This document shows, piece by piece, positions 27,537-36,560 of a stretch of DNA of 64,000 bases; the first letter of the stretch is position 1, and each line of letters starts with the position of its first letter. The DNA is from an uncultured virus (IMG/VR IMGVR_UViG_3300042526_000204) (lineage: Duplodnaviria; Heunggongvirae; Uroviricota; Caudoviricetes). The translations under genes and the position numbers were made by a program. The notes under the pieces are model-generated. The model was given only the letters and a program-made list of their open reading frames with translations, made no database searches and was not told the DNA's origin. The stretch lies in the IMG/VR virus record IMGVR_UViG_3300042526_000204, one strand, 5' to 3'.

Positions 27537-28203
27537 ATTTAAAGATGCCCCCTGGTTTCCTAGACATGATGAATTATGCATGGTAGGTGGTGCAGGTGGT
27601 ATTGGTTCTTGGTTATGTTATTTCTTAACTAAGATTGGTTTCAAAATTAATCTTTATGATTTTGACACTGTAGAAGATCACAATTTAGGTGGTCAATTAT
27701 TCTTTCAAGAAGATGTAGGAAGAAATAAAGTACAAGCAGTATCAAGAGTAATACAAGCTTTTTGTAATGCTCCTCTTTCTACTTTTAATGAAAGAATTGA
27801 TTTAAATACAATGACTCATTACTATGTGTTTTCAGCTTTTGACAACATGAAGGCCAGAAATGATTTGTTTCAAGTCTGGAAAAAGTCTTGGATTAGAACC
27901 CCTGTAGGTGTAACTCCTATATTTATTGATGGCAGGCTAGAAATAGAGCAGCTTCAAGTATTTTGTGTAACTCCTAGTAATGCAGATAGATATGAGAAAG
28001 AACATCTCTTTTCTGATTCTGCAGTTGATGATGCACCTTGTACTATGAAGCAAAGTTCTCATACAGCAGCTATGATTGGTACTATTATGACCTCCTACTT
28101 TACTAATCATATTGCTAATACTTATGCAGGAGAGACTATCAGAGAAGTCCCTTTCTACTATGAATTTGTAGTTCCTATGAACTACTCTGCATCTGAATTA
28201 TGA
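27505..28203 (+). CDS. ThiF/MoeB/E1-like activating enzyme
   Basis: GGAGGIGS, YDFDTVEDHNLGGQ, NKV, AFDNMKAR, IDGR; candidate catalytic Cys in DAPCTMK. Confidence 0.9.
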   Translation: MRQRDTTQQSRFKDAPWFPRHDELCMVGGAGGIGSWLCYFLTKIGFKINLYDFDTVEDHNLGGQLFFQEDVGRNKVQAVSRVIQAFCNAPLSTFNERIDLNTMTHYYVFSAFDNMKARNDLFQVWKKSWIRTPVGVTPIFIDGRLEIEQLQVFCVTPSNADRYEKEHLFSDSAVDDAPCTMKQSSHTAAMIGTIMTSYFTNHIANTYAGETIREVPFYYEFVVPMNYSASEL

Positions 28204-29201
28204 GAGTTACATCTCATACAGTAGGAAGTTACAATATGGATCCTTTTAAGAAAACTGCATTGTGTGCTAACACTCATATTCCTATTTATGCAAATCACAC
28301 AATTTCTTATGAGCACAATTTTGAAAATACAGTAAGCCTTATGTTCTATGGTAGACCTAAATTTGATTCAGGGTGTATTAGAAAAGCAAATACTCTTAAG
28401 AATCTTAAGACTGCTTTAGAAAGGTACATTGGTCCTGCAAGAATTCCTATTGGAGGTAAAAACTATTTCTTTATGAAAGGAGCAATGTACACTGAGGAAG
28501 GGATTCCTCTTATGGTGTTAGCTATGCCTCAAAAAGCTTTTAAAGATCCAAATATCAAAAAGTTCTCTGACTTTAGATATGATCAAGAAGTCAACCCTGT
28601 TGACTATAAAAATTTTGTTTTGTTTTATTCCACATCTTTCTTTACTAATCCAAGCTATGCTGCTCTAAACAGAAGATTTCAAAAAGAGATACTAATGGAC
28701 TGCTATATAAAAGGTATAGAGGTAAAAGTAATTACCTCATCAGAAATTGAAAAGAATACCTTTGCAAGTTTATTTGAGATCCCTAAAGCTAATTCTGTTA
28801 GCCAATTAGAGGAGTACATGAGTACAGTACTACCAACATATTTATACACAGAGGAAGAGGACACCTTTGTATTTAAAGAGTTGGAAGTGCCACAAGCTCA
28901 AGAAGAGGAATTATCATTAGAAGAAGAAGCTTTATTATTTGACTCTGAAAGCAGTCCTACATTAGAACAGGTACTTAGTGATTCTGCCCATACAGAACAC
29001 ACTTATTTTGTAGGTGTAGACCCTGCTTTCTCAACAAGTATGCCTTTTACATCTTTAACAACTGGAGATTTCCATTTTGTAGACCAACCTAATATTTCTA
29101 TAGGATATCCTGCAGGTGAAATAATTACAGCAGAAGGTACAAGTTGGATATATACTGGTAGAGATGAAAGACCAATAGAGCTAATTGATGATGAAGTGTA
29201 A
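28200..29201 (+). CDS. Hypothetical protein coupled to the E1 gene, with an acidic C-terminal half
   Basis: ATGA overlap with the E1 gene. Confidence 0.55.
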   Translation: MRVTSHTVGSYNMDPFKKTALCANTHIPIYANHTISYEHNFENTVSLMFYGRPKFDSGCIRKANTLKNLKTALERYIGPARIPIGGKNYFFMKGAMYTEEGIPLMVLAMPQKAFKDPNIKKFSDFRYDQEVNPVDYKNFVLFYSTSFFTNPSYAALNRRFQKEILMDCYIKGIEVKVITSSEIEKNTFASLFEIPKANSVSQLEEYMSTVLPTYLYTEEEDTFVFKELEVPQAQEEELSLEEEALLFDSESSPTLEQVLSDSAHTEHTYFVGVDPAFSTSMPFTSLTTGDFHFVDQPNISIGYPAGEIITAEGTSWIYTGRDERPIELIDDEV

Positions 29202-29249
29202 TTCCCAAAAGGTATGTAAGTTTTTTAGTTATAATTTTAAAAATCTTAT

Positions 29250-29747
29250 ATGGGATTAGGAGCCACAAACAAAAGAAAGGGTAGTTCTGCAGAAAGATAT
29301 TATGCCAAGTTCTTTAGAGAATTAGGCTTTACATTCTGTGAAACTGCTAGATTTGGAAGTAAAAAACATGACAATGCAAAGATTGATTTATTGTATATAC
29401 CTTTCAATGTGCAGATTAAAGCTGGAGTCCAAAAGAATATGAATCCTGGGAAGGAATTATTTATGATGGCTAGCTCTATTACTGCAATGTTTCCCCCTGA
29501 AGATGAAGTTTCAAAAAGACCTTGTATATTGTTTCATTACAAACAAGGTAAACCTGGGGTTAAGAGAACTCCAGAGATGGAAATAGTGTATATGTCTATG
29601 ATACAATTTGAATTATTTAAAGTTGAAAGTCCTGATTTAGAGTATTTTATGATGAAAGACTTCAAGTTTGACTTAAACTCAGAATTTAAAACTATTGTAG
29701 GTATGACACTAGAACATTTTAAAGAAAAAGTAATCTTAAAAAAGTAA
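29250..29747 (+). CDS. PD-(D/E)xK Holliday junction resolvase-like nuclease
   Basis: KRKGSSAER...KIDL...VQIK. Confidence 0.75.
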   Translation: MGLGATNKRKGSSAERYYAKFFRELGFTFCETARFGSKKHDNAKIDLLYIPFNVQIKAGVQKNMNPGKELFMMASSITAMFPPEDEVSKRPCILFHYKQGKPGVKRTPEMEIVYMSMIQFELFKVESPDLEYFMMKDFKFDLNSEFKTIVGMTLEHFKEKVILKK

Positions 29748-29751
29748 ACAA

Positions 29752-30921
29752 ATGTCAGTAATTGTAGCCACAAAGAAAGAAACACTAGAGTATTATGAGT
29801 CTAGTGCTTTAGGTCAATCAAAATTAAAGTTATTATTAGGGGACTTAGGTTCCTTTCACAAAGAGTTTGACTCTTCAGCAGAACATTTTATGATAGGTTC
29901 TGCAGTAGATTGTATATTAACTAATTCAAGAGAAGCTTTTGAAGAACAGTACTACATTTCAAGTGTAGATAAACTGCCTTCTGATGCTATAATAGAAATT
30001 CTAAAGTTAGTTTATGAAGATGTACTGCAGGTCTATGCTGAGCATTTAGAAGTAGTACAGGGACAAGATGAGCCTTTACCTGTTACCCCATTTCATGAGT
30101 TTGTAGGAGAACTTGCTAACTGGGGAGCTTATATTCTAGATGCTTGTGAAAAAACAGGATGGCAACCTAGATGGGGTGCTGATGCTAAACTTAAGAATAT
30201 TGTAGAACCTAGTTCTGCTTATTTCTTAGATATGTGTCTAGGTTTTGGTAAGACTGTAATAAGTCAAACTCAAACAGAAACCATTAAAAGTATTGTTAAA
30301 TCCTTAGAAATAAATCCAAGAACAGGAAGTTTTTTTGACAGAGCTTTCTTTGAATTAGTACCAAACATAACAATGTATTACCAGTTTCCTATTTACTTTG
30401 AGTACAGAGGAGTACAGTGTAAAGCTTTGTTAGATATGGTAATTGTTCACAGAGATGATGAAGGAAAGATTTTGTCTATCACAGGTATTGACTTGAAGAC
30501 TATGAATGGAAATACTTATTATTTTCCTAGTAGTATTAAAGCAAGAAGATATGATATTCAAGCTGCTTGGTACACTCTTGCTTTACAACACCACTTTGCA
30601 GTTCCAGAAGGTTCTGATGTAATTAAACCTTTCCAATTTGTAGTAGAATCTACTACTTATCAAGGAAAACCTTTAAATTTTATTGTCTCTGAAAGTCTCC
30701 TAAACATGGGTAGATTTGGTAGAAGAGCTATTTCTTTACATGAAACAGACATGTTTAATGGAGATGGTATGGCAAGTGCTATTATTCAGTATGAAATTAA
30801 AGGCTTTGAACAACTTTTAGATATGTATATTTACCATAGTGAGAATGGTTTTACAGAAGAAAGAGAAATTCAAGAAGCAGGTTTAGCTCCATTAGTAGTT
30901 GACTGGGATGGTATTGTCTAG
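29752..30921 (+). CDS. PD-(D/E)xK exonuclease (RecE/ExoVIII-like)
   Basis: GQSKLK, IGSAVD, CKALLD, IDLKT, YDIQAAWY. Confidence 0.8.
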   Translation: MSVIVATKKETLEYYESSALGQSKLKLLLGDLGSFHKEFDSSAEHFMIGSAVDCILTNSREAFEEQYYISSVDKLPSDAIIEILKLVYEDVLQVYAEHLEVVQGQDEPLPVTPFHEFVGELANWGAYILDACEKTGWQPRWGADAKLKNIVEPSSAYFLDMCLGFGKTVISQTQTETIKSIVKSLEINPRTGSFFDRAFFELVPNITMYYQFPIYFEYRGVQCKALLDMVIVHRDDEGKILSITGIDLKTMNGNTYYFPSSIKARRYDIQAAWYTLALQHHFAVPEGSDVIKPFQFVVESTTYQGKPLNFIVSESLLNMGRFGRRAISLHETDMFNGDGMASAIIQYEIKGFEQLLDMYIYHSENGFTEEREIQEAGLAPLVVDWDGIV

Positions 30922-30937
30922 AATTGTAAAACAAGGT

Positions 30938-31543
30938 ATGGATATTGAGATAGGTAAACTTTATACTAACAGAACTCTTAAGTATTTAGTTCCTGCTCTC
31001 AATTTCTATGGGCCCACTTTGAAGACCAAGCTAAACTTGGTCTTTAAGTTAGCCTTTGGCATACATGATTCCTTGTTGGAAGGTACTCATTTACAAGGTC
31101 AAAAGAATATTTTTATTCTTGTTGACAAACTTGTGAGACCTGATCTATACCAAAACTTTATGGATTGGTTAAAACATCAAGAATATTATGTTACAGACTA
31201 TGCTTATGACTCAATACTTGAGCATAATAGCAGAAAGCAAATGATTGTGATAGCTTTTCCACCTAAGCTAGCTGATATTTATGACAAGTTTTTGCTGGGT
31301 AAGTATAGTTTGATGTACACAAAAGAGGAAATCAACACTTTCTTTGGAGATGAAAATAAAGCTGAAGCAAGGCATGTATTGTGTAAAACACTATTTGCTA
31401 AAAATCAGTTTAAAATCTTAGTCAGAGAAACCTTTGGTACTATACTAGAAGAACAAGATTTTCTAGTAGGTTCTTGGGAATATGATTTACCTCCTAGTGC
31501 AGAAGAAGAATTTTTTAACACTTGGAAACCTTTGGGGAGCTAG
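30938..31543 (+). CDS. Conserved crAss-like hypothetical protein
   Basis: NRTLKYLVP...FLLGKYSLMY. The ATG at 30938 is the likely start. Confidence 0.55.
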   Translation: MDIEIGKLYTNRTLKYLVPALNFYGPTLKTKLNLVFKLAFGIHDSLLEGTHLQGQKNIFILVDKLVRPDLYQNFMDWLKHQEYYVTDYAYDSILEHNSRKQMIVIAFPPKLADIYDKFLLGKYSLMYTKEEINTFFGDENKAEARHVLCKTLFAKNQFKILVRETFGTILEEQDFLVGSWEYDLPPSAEEEFFNTWKPLGS

Positions 31544-31575
31544 TCTCCCCTTAAGTTTTCATTAATATTAATCAG

Positions 31576-31797
31576 ATGGCACACACATTAATTGTTACAG
31601 CTTTCCAACCTAACTTTACTCCTCATTTTAAAGCTTGGATAAAGAAAAACATTTCTCCTTCTATGGTAAATCCTAATGATGAAGAGTGTAGTTACAACTT
31701 AGAAACTATTTTAGATGACATAGAGACAATCTCTTTAGATGACTCTATATTAATTAAAGAATTGCAATCACAAAATGTAGAGTATGTTGAATTCTAA
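31576..31797 (+). CDS. Hypothetical protein
   Basis: Operon ORF. Confidence 0.5.
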   Translation: MAHTLIVTAFQPNFTPHFKAWIKKNISPSMVNPNDEECSYNLETILDDIETISLDDSILIKELQSQNVEYVEF

Positions 31798-32098
31798 AAA
31801 AAGAAAGAATAGTCTTAGTGAAGAAAAGGTGTATGTTACTTATAAAGGTAACCTCCCTGCTAGAGTTATAGATGTTGAAAAAAGAGGTAGAAAAATCTAT
31901 CTTTTATTAAGATGGGAAAATCTTGGAGGAGAACAATTTAAACCTGAAAGATGGGTTAAAGATACTCTTTGTGAAGAGTATAAACCTTCAGGTAAAAAGT
32001 CTCTCTATCAACAAATTTATGGAGAGAAATTTAAAATGGCCTGGTGGCAAGAACTAATTGTTAAATTACAAAACTGGTGGTATGGATTTAGAGACTAA
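31784..32098 (+). CDS. Hypothetical protein (possible chromo/Tudor-like barrel)
   Basis: ARVIDVEKRGRKIYLLLRWEN...ERWV pattern. Confidence 0.45.
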   Translation: MLNSKKRKNSLSEEKVYVTYKGNLPARVIDVEKRGRKIYLLLRWENLGGEQFKPERWVKDTLCEEYKPSGKKSLYQQIYGEKFKMAWWQELIVKLQNWWYGFRD

Positions 32099-32441
32099 AT
32101 CAGTGACTTACACTAAAATGACTGAGACTCAATTTGATGCTCTTGTATTGAATAGATGTATTAAAGTCAAGGATACTCTTGTAGAAAAAGGGAAAGAATA
32201 CAGAAGAAATGCAGACCCACTACATAATTTTAGGGTAGCTGCTAGAGTACAGAATACAACTGAAGAGAAAGCCCTTTGGGGTTTTGCAACTAAACACTAT
32301 GTATCATTCTTAGATATTCTAAATGATATAGAAAAGGGAAAACTTCCTGAAATAGAAGTTGTAGATGAAAAGATAGGGGACTTAATCAACTATCTTATTT
32401 TATGTGAAGCGAGTATTAAAGAAAAAATTCAAAATCGATGA
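32082..32441 (+). CDS. All-alpha NTP pyrophosphatase-like / nucleotide-modification-associated protein
   Basis: KGKEY...PLHNF...KH...DEKIGDLINYLIL. Confidence 0.6.
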   Translation: MDLETKSVTYTKMTETQFDALVLNRCIKVKDTLVEKGKEYRRNADPLHNFRVAARVQNTTEEKALWGFATKHYVSFLDILNDIEKGKLPEIEVVDEKIGDLINYLILCEASIKEKIQNR

Positions 32442-33070
32442 TTAAAAAAGAATTCTTATTAAAGCACTGTAAAACTTCTAAAGAAGGAGTTATAGCATTA
32501 CTTAACACTTTTGTTGAGACTGCAATTAAAGTGCATGGTTGCCCTATTATAGTAACCTGTGATGATTACCCAGGAGAAGAAGCTACTTATTCTGTAGAAG
32601 AATTGTTACAACCCTCTTTTACAGCAGGCCCTTATCCTAATAAACATAGTATGGATCCTGAAGATACTTACAAATTGTGTATGTATCCTTGGAAAGGTGT
32701 TCCTGTTGAAAGAAAAGTATTAAATCTTGCTATGGCACCACCTCAAGAAGTTGTCCATGAAATTGTAGTTCAAACACCTATAGTTCACAAAAGTGGTAGA
32801 GAGTACACAATTAAAACTCCTGTAATAGTAACTTCATTTGAAGAAAAGACAGTTTCTCTTTCTCAGTACATAGGATTAAGTATTTGTCAAACTAGAACAG
32901 CTAGAGGTCTTACTCAGAATGCTTTATCTAACTTGACAGGTAATAAAGTTTCTGCTTCTAGTATTAGTCAAATAGAGACTTCTGATACTAACCCTATCTT
33001 AAGTTCTTTAGAGTATATTGCAGAAGCTTTAGGTCTTCATATCACTGATTTATTTCCCCCTAAAAACTAG
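32438..33070 (+). CDS. Protein with a C-terminal XRE/Cro HTH domain
   Basis: RTARGLTQNALS...SISQIETSDTNPILSSLEYIAEAL. Confidence 0.8.
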   Translation: MIKKEFLLKHCKTSKEGVIALLNTFVETAIKVHGCPIIVTCDDYPGEEATYSVEELLQPSFTAGPYPNKHSMDPEDTYKLCMYPWKGVPVERKVLNLAMAPPQEVVHEIVVQTPIVHKSGREYTIKTPVIVTSFEEKTVSLSQYIGLSICQTRTARGLTQNALSNLTGNKVSASSISQIETSDTNPILSSLEYIAEALGLHITDLFPPKN

Positions 33071-33073
33071 ACC

Positions 33074-33307
33074 ATGAATCAAAAATTAAAAATTGGAAAC
33101 CTTACTGTTGATGTTTTTTTCAATGAGTATGACAAGAATCTAAAAACTAGGAAGCAAATTCCAGGTCATGATTTAACTAATCAAGATAAGAATGCTATCA
33201 ATAGAGGTTTAGATGATACTGACTTTGGAGAGTTCTACAAATATGAGGACAAAGACAAAGAGATAACTGGAATGTTTAATGTTGTAATGGCAGATGAAGA
33301 TGAATAG
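33074..33307 (+). CDS. Hypothetical protein
   Basis: Operon ORF. Confidence 0.5.
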   Translation: MNQKLKIGNLTVDVFFNEYDKNLKTRKQIPGHDLTNQDKNAINRGLDDTDFGEFYKYEDKDKEITGMFNVVMADEDE

Positions 33308-33485
33308 TCTAGATGATTTAGTACAATGGGCAAAAGGAATTAAACAAAGATTTCCTCAATACAGAGATGCTATTTGGGACCTTATCTCTCTTTGTCAAGA
33401 TGAAATAGAAGGAGGAGGTTCTGAATCTCATGAAGTTCAACTTTGTTATAATGACATTTGTGATTTAGTAGGAATAGATGAATAA
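33300..33485 (+). CDS. Hypothetical protein
   Basis: Operon ORF containing LCQDEIEGGGSESHE. Confidence 0.5.
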   Translation: MNSLDDLVQWAKGIKQRFPQYRDAIWDLISLCQDEIEGGGSESHEVQLCYNDICDLVGIDE

Positions 33486-33503
33486 CTTTAAAAATAATTA
33501 AAA

Positions 33504-33749
33504 ATGACACAAGTTCAATTAGATAGGCATCCTTTTGCAAAACACACTTTTTATAAAGGTGTGTACACACACAATAGTGTAGAATATGCTTTTGACTTAA
33601 CTGTAGAAGAATCTGAAAACAGTATTCAACCTAATATTATAGTAGAGTTTGAAATGTGTAGCAGTCTTTTACCTTTTAATTATGATAAAGCTTATAAAGA
33701 AATTATAGCAATTTATTTACCTAATGGAGATCAAGAAGCAGAAAACTAA
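33504..33749 (+). CDS. Hypothetical protein
   Basis: Operon ORF. Confidence 0.5.
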   Translation: MTQVQLDRHPFAKHTFYKGVYTHNSVEYAFDLTVEESENSIQPNIIVEFEMCSSLLPFNYDKAYKEIIAIYLPNGDQEAEN

Positions 33750-34569
33750 GACTTTAGTTACTAGAGATAATAGTAGGAGCAGTGATGCCATTGCTCCTAA
33801 CTTTATCTATGGGTGTTTAGGAGGATGTATGAAGTCTTATTGCTATGTAGCTAGGTATAACCATGACAAGGTTTATATCAATGAAAATACAGAGCAAATT
33901 CTAAGATCTATTTATGATTGGGTAGACACTAAGCCTTGGCCCAAAGAGCCTAATCAAGTAGATGACACTTATTATTGTGTTGATATAGGGTGTAGTACTG
34001 ATGTGCCTTTACACAGTAAACACTACCCCTGGCAACAGGTATTTGACTTTTTCAATACACAATATAAAGTAAAAACTACTTTTGCTACAAAGTATCCTAC
34101 TAAGTTTAAGCTACAAGAGTATAACCTTACTCCAGGTAAGCACAGGATAAGAATTAGTCTTATGCCTCAAAAGATCTCAAGTATCTTAGAACCCAATACT
34201 GACAGCATAGCTGATAGAATTGCTATGATACCTGTACTCCAAACAAAAATGGAGGTGCATATAAACTTTAGTCCTATAGTTTACTACCCTACTTGGTTAG
34301 AAGATTATGAAGAGTTATTTCAACAACTCAAAGGATTAGAATTTAAATCAGAATGTATTTTTGTAACTTATAATAAGAATCAAGCTCAAAGAAATAGCTC
34401 TGATGTTAATTATTACCTTTGGCAACCCAGTATTCAAGAATCTAAAGATTCTGAATATGCTGCTGATAACATTAGGTATGAAAGACATTTTAAGCAAAAC
34501 CTGATAGATGAATTTGTAGCTTTGTACATTAAATATTTTCCTATAGAAAGTATTAGATACATTTTCTAG
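33724..34569 (+). CDS. Spore photoproduct lyase-like radical SAM protein
   Basis: GCLGGCMKSYCYV cluster motif, DIGCSTD, FATK, RIRISLMP, HINFSP, NIRY. Confidence 0.8.
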   Translation: MEIKKQKTKTLVTRDNSRSSDAIAPNFIYGCLGGCMKSYCYVARYNHDKVYINENTEQILRSIYDWVDTKPWPKEPNQVDDTYYCVDIGCSTDVPLHSKHYPWQQVFDFFNTQYKVKTTFATKYPTKFKLQEYNLTPGKHRIRISLMPQKISSILEPNTDSIADRIAMIPVLQTKMEVHINFSPIVYYPTWLEDYEELFQQLKGLEFKSECIFVTYNKNQAQRNSSDVNYYLWQPSIQESKDSEYAADNIRYERHFKQNLIDEFVALYIKYFPIESIRYIF

Positions 34570-34585
34570 AGTAAACATTTATATT

Positions 34586-34593
34586 TATATTTG
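34586..34593 (+). promoter_or_regulatory. Bacteroidota -7 element TATATTTG upstream of the GroES-like gene
   Basis: Exact TAnnTTTG match in the intergenic gap. Confidence 0.55.
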
Positions 34594-34614
34594 TAAACAA
34601 TTAAATTTAAAAAG

Positions 34615-34923
34615 ATGAAAATCATTGGTAACAGAGTACTTGTAGAACAAACAAGTACAAAAAGTGAGTCATTAATTATTATGACTGAAAAGAATAAAGG
34701 AAATGATTTAATAATTACCTTTAAAGTTCTTCAATTAGGAAATGAATGTCCTACAGGTGAAGGTCATGTAAAAGTAGGAGACACTCCTATATTTAGTGAG
34801 CATGTATCATTTAGTGGTCATAAGACTATTGATGTAACTAAAGCTCCTAATGGAGAAGTTACTAAGCTTATAGCTCATACTATTGTGTACTATGATGATA
34901 TTATAGCTACAGAAAATGACTAA
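34615..34923 (+). CDS. groES: GroES-like co-chaperonin
   Basis: MKIIGNRVLVE...LII...VLQLG...VKVGD...DDIIA. Confidence 0.75.
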   Translation: MKIIGNRVLVEQTSTKSESLIIMTEKNKGNDLIITFKVLQLGNECPTGEGHVKVGDTPIFSEHVSFSGHKTIDVTKAPNGEVTKLIAHTIVYYDDIIATEND

Positions 34924-34925
34924 TT

Positions 34926-35144
34926 ATGGCAAACATTGTAAAAGACCTTGAAGCTTATGCTAAAGAATTGTGTGAATTAGGTAACTCTAGAGAACAAGCT
35001 GAAGGGCATGGAATGAGAAAAGTACTTGAAGAAATTGGTAAATACTACTATGGATTTCAAGAGTATGATACTTATTTTGATAGTATTTCAGATGAAGAAA
35101 AACCTAAATTAAATAAAAAACTTAAAAAACTTAAAATTTATTAA
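34926..35144 (+). CDS. Hypothetical protein
   Basis: Operon ORF. Confidence 0.5.
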   Translation: MANIVKDLEAYAKELCELGNSREQAEGHGMRKVLEEIGKYYYGFQEYDTYFDSISDEEKPKLNKKLKKLKIY

Positions 35145-35145
35145 G

Positions 35146-35727
35146 ATGAGTAAAATTAAAACTATCCTTGAGTATCAAGAATTAGCAAGTAGAACTTGCA
35201 CAAGTTTACCAGGAGAACATGAAAATGAAAGACACATGAATCTTGGTGTAATCACTGAAATTGGAGAAGTCCTTGACATCTTTAAGAAAAACCTAGCTTA
35301 CAAGAAGCCTATTGATGTAGTTAATCTTGGAGAAGAGTTAGCAGACATTTCTTGGTACATTGTAAATAAGTGTGCTTTTGAGCCAATTCCTTTAGAGGAA
35401 GACTTTGATGTTGTTATGGCTGATGTAAAAGACCTCTTAGACAATAAAATGTTTAGAGTAGAGAACTTACCTATAGGTTTAAAGACAGAAGCTTTAATGC
35501 ACACTCTTCTTTTAGCTTATTGTGGTACTACTAATAACATTTTTAGTGCTCCTATTGTACAATTAGCTATCTTAGCTAATATTGCAGAGTGGTATGAGTT
35601 AGACTTCTTTCAAGTACTCACTAATAACATTGACAAGTTAAAAGTAAGATACCCTGAAAAGTTTACTGAAGAAGCTGCTCAAAACAGAGACTTAGAAGCT
35701 GAAAGAGCTGAACTAGAAAAAGAGTAA
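35146..35727 (+). CDS. MazG-like NTP pyrophosphohydrolase
   Basis: EYQELASRT, LGVITEIGEVLDIFKK, EELADISWY, NIDKLKVRYPEKF. Confidence 0.85.
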   Translation: MSKIKTILEYQELASRTCTSLPGEHENERHMNLGVITEIGEVLDIFKKNLAYKKPIDVVNLGEELADISWYIVNKCAFEPIPLEEDFDVVMADVKDLLDNKMFRVENLPIGLKTEALMHTLLLAYCGTTNNIFSAPIVQLAILANIAEWYELDFFQVLTNNIDKLKVRYPEKFTEEAAQNRDLEAERAELEKE

Positions 35728-35740
35728 TAATCAGAAATAG

Positions 35741-35768
35741 GAGGCTTGTAATGAGCCTCTTGTTTTTT
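35741..35768 (+). terminator. Intrinsic terminator
   Basis: GAGGCTT-GTAAT-GAGCCTC plus a T-rich tail. Confidence 0.6.
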
Positions 35769-35781
35769 AATTTAAAAAGTC

Positions 35782-36558
35782 ATGAAAGAAATTAACAAAG
35801 TTGAATTGACAAAACTTGAATCAAGAGTTAAAAATGTATTCTTTTTTGCTCTTATCCTACTATGTATTTTCCTTTTATTTAAAAGTTGTAATGCTGAAGT
35901 TAGATTAGCTGAAGCAGAAACTATGAATGAAGCTTTAGGAGATAGTTTAGTTACTTGGAAAGACAAAGAAGGTAATTTTAAAGCTAAGATCACTTTATTA
36001 GAAAGCTCTCAGACAGAGAGCTTTACTAAATTAAAAAGTGCAGATTCTACTATTATAGCTTTACAGATTTTAGTAGCTAAGTATAAAAAGCAATTAGCTA
36101 AAAAAGGAAGTGCTACAATTATACATACTGATGCTGAAATAGACCTTCAAGAACCTACAGTAGTCTATAGAGATAGTGCTAAACCTTGTGATCCCACTTA
36201 CAAATCTAATTTTGAGATTATGGGGACAGGTAAACATGAAAAAACTAAATGGGTTTGGGGTGTAGTCACAGCTACTAAAGACAGCACTCAAGTAGGTATG
36301 AGATTTCATGAAGAAATTGATGTAGTAATTGGGCAAGAGAAGACAGGTTTCTTAGGGATAGGTAAACCTAAAGCTTTTGCTGAAGTAACTCTTCATAATC
36401 CTTTCAATAAGGTCTCAGTTTTAAGAAGTTATAGTACAACACCATTACCACCTAAAAGGTTTGGTATAGGGCCCACAGTGTCTTATGGAGTGGGACCTGG
36501 ATTTGTTCCTGGAGTATTTGTAGGTGTAGGAGTTAATTATTCAGTTCTTAGATTATAG
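35782..36558 (+). CDS. Membrane-anchored coiled-coil protein with a C-terminal amphipathic beta-hairpin (spanin-like)
   Basis: N-terminal TM helix (...LLFKSC), a coiled coil, and C-terminal FGIGPTVSYG...VFVGVGVNYSV. Confidence 0.55.
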   Translation: MKEINKVELTKLESRVKNVFFFALILLCIFLLFKSCNAEVRLAEAETMNEALGDSLVTWKDKEGNFKAKITLLESSQTESFTKLKSADSTIIALQILVAKYKKQLAKKGSATIIHTDAEIDLQEPTVVYRDSAKPCDPTYKSNFEIMGTGKHEKTKWVWGVVTATKDSTQVGMRFHEEIDVVIGQEKTGFLGIGKPKAFAEVTLHNPFNKVSVLRSYSTTPLPPKRFGIGPTVSYGVGPGFVPGVFVGVGVNYSVLRL

Positions 36559-36560
36559 AC

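Noticed and set aside
27505..28203. ThiF as a thiamine or molybdopterin biosynthesis auxiliary gene
   Set aside because: No ThiS-GG, ThiG or MoaE partners are present, and the neighbouring JAB and E2-like genes point to protein conjugation.
19116..36336. Minus-strand ORFs within the plus-strand replication block, and the off-frame ORF 23740-24018
   Set aside because: They overlap genes with clear motifs and show no independent coding signal.
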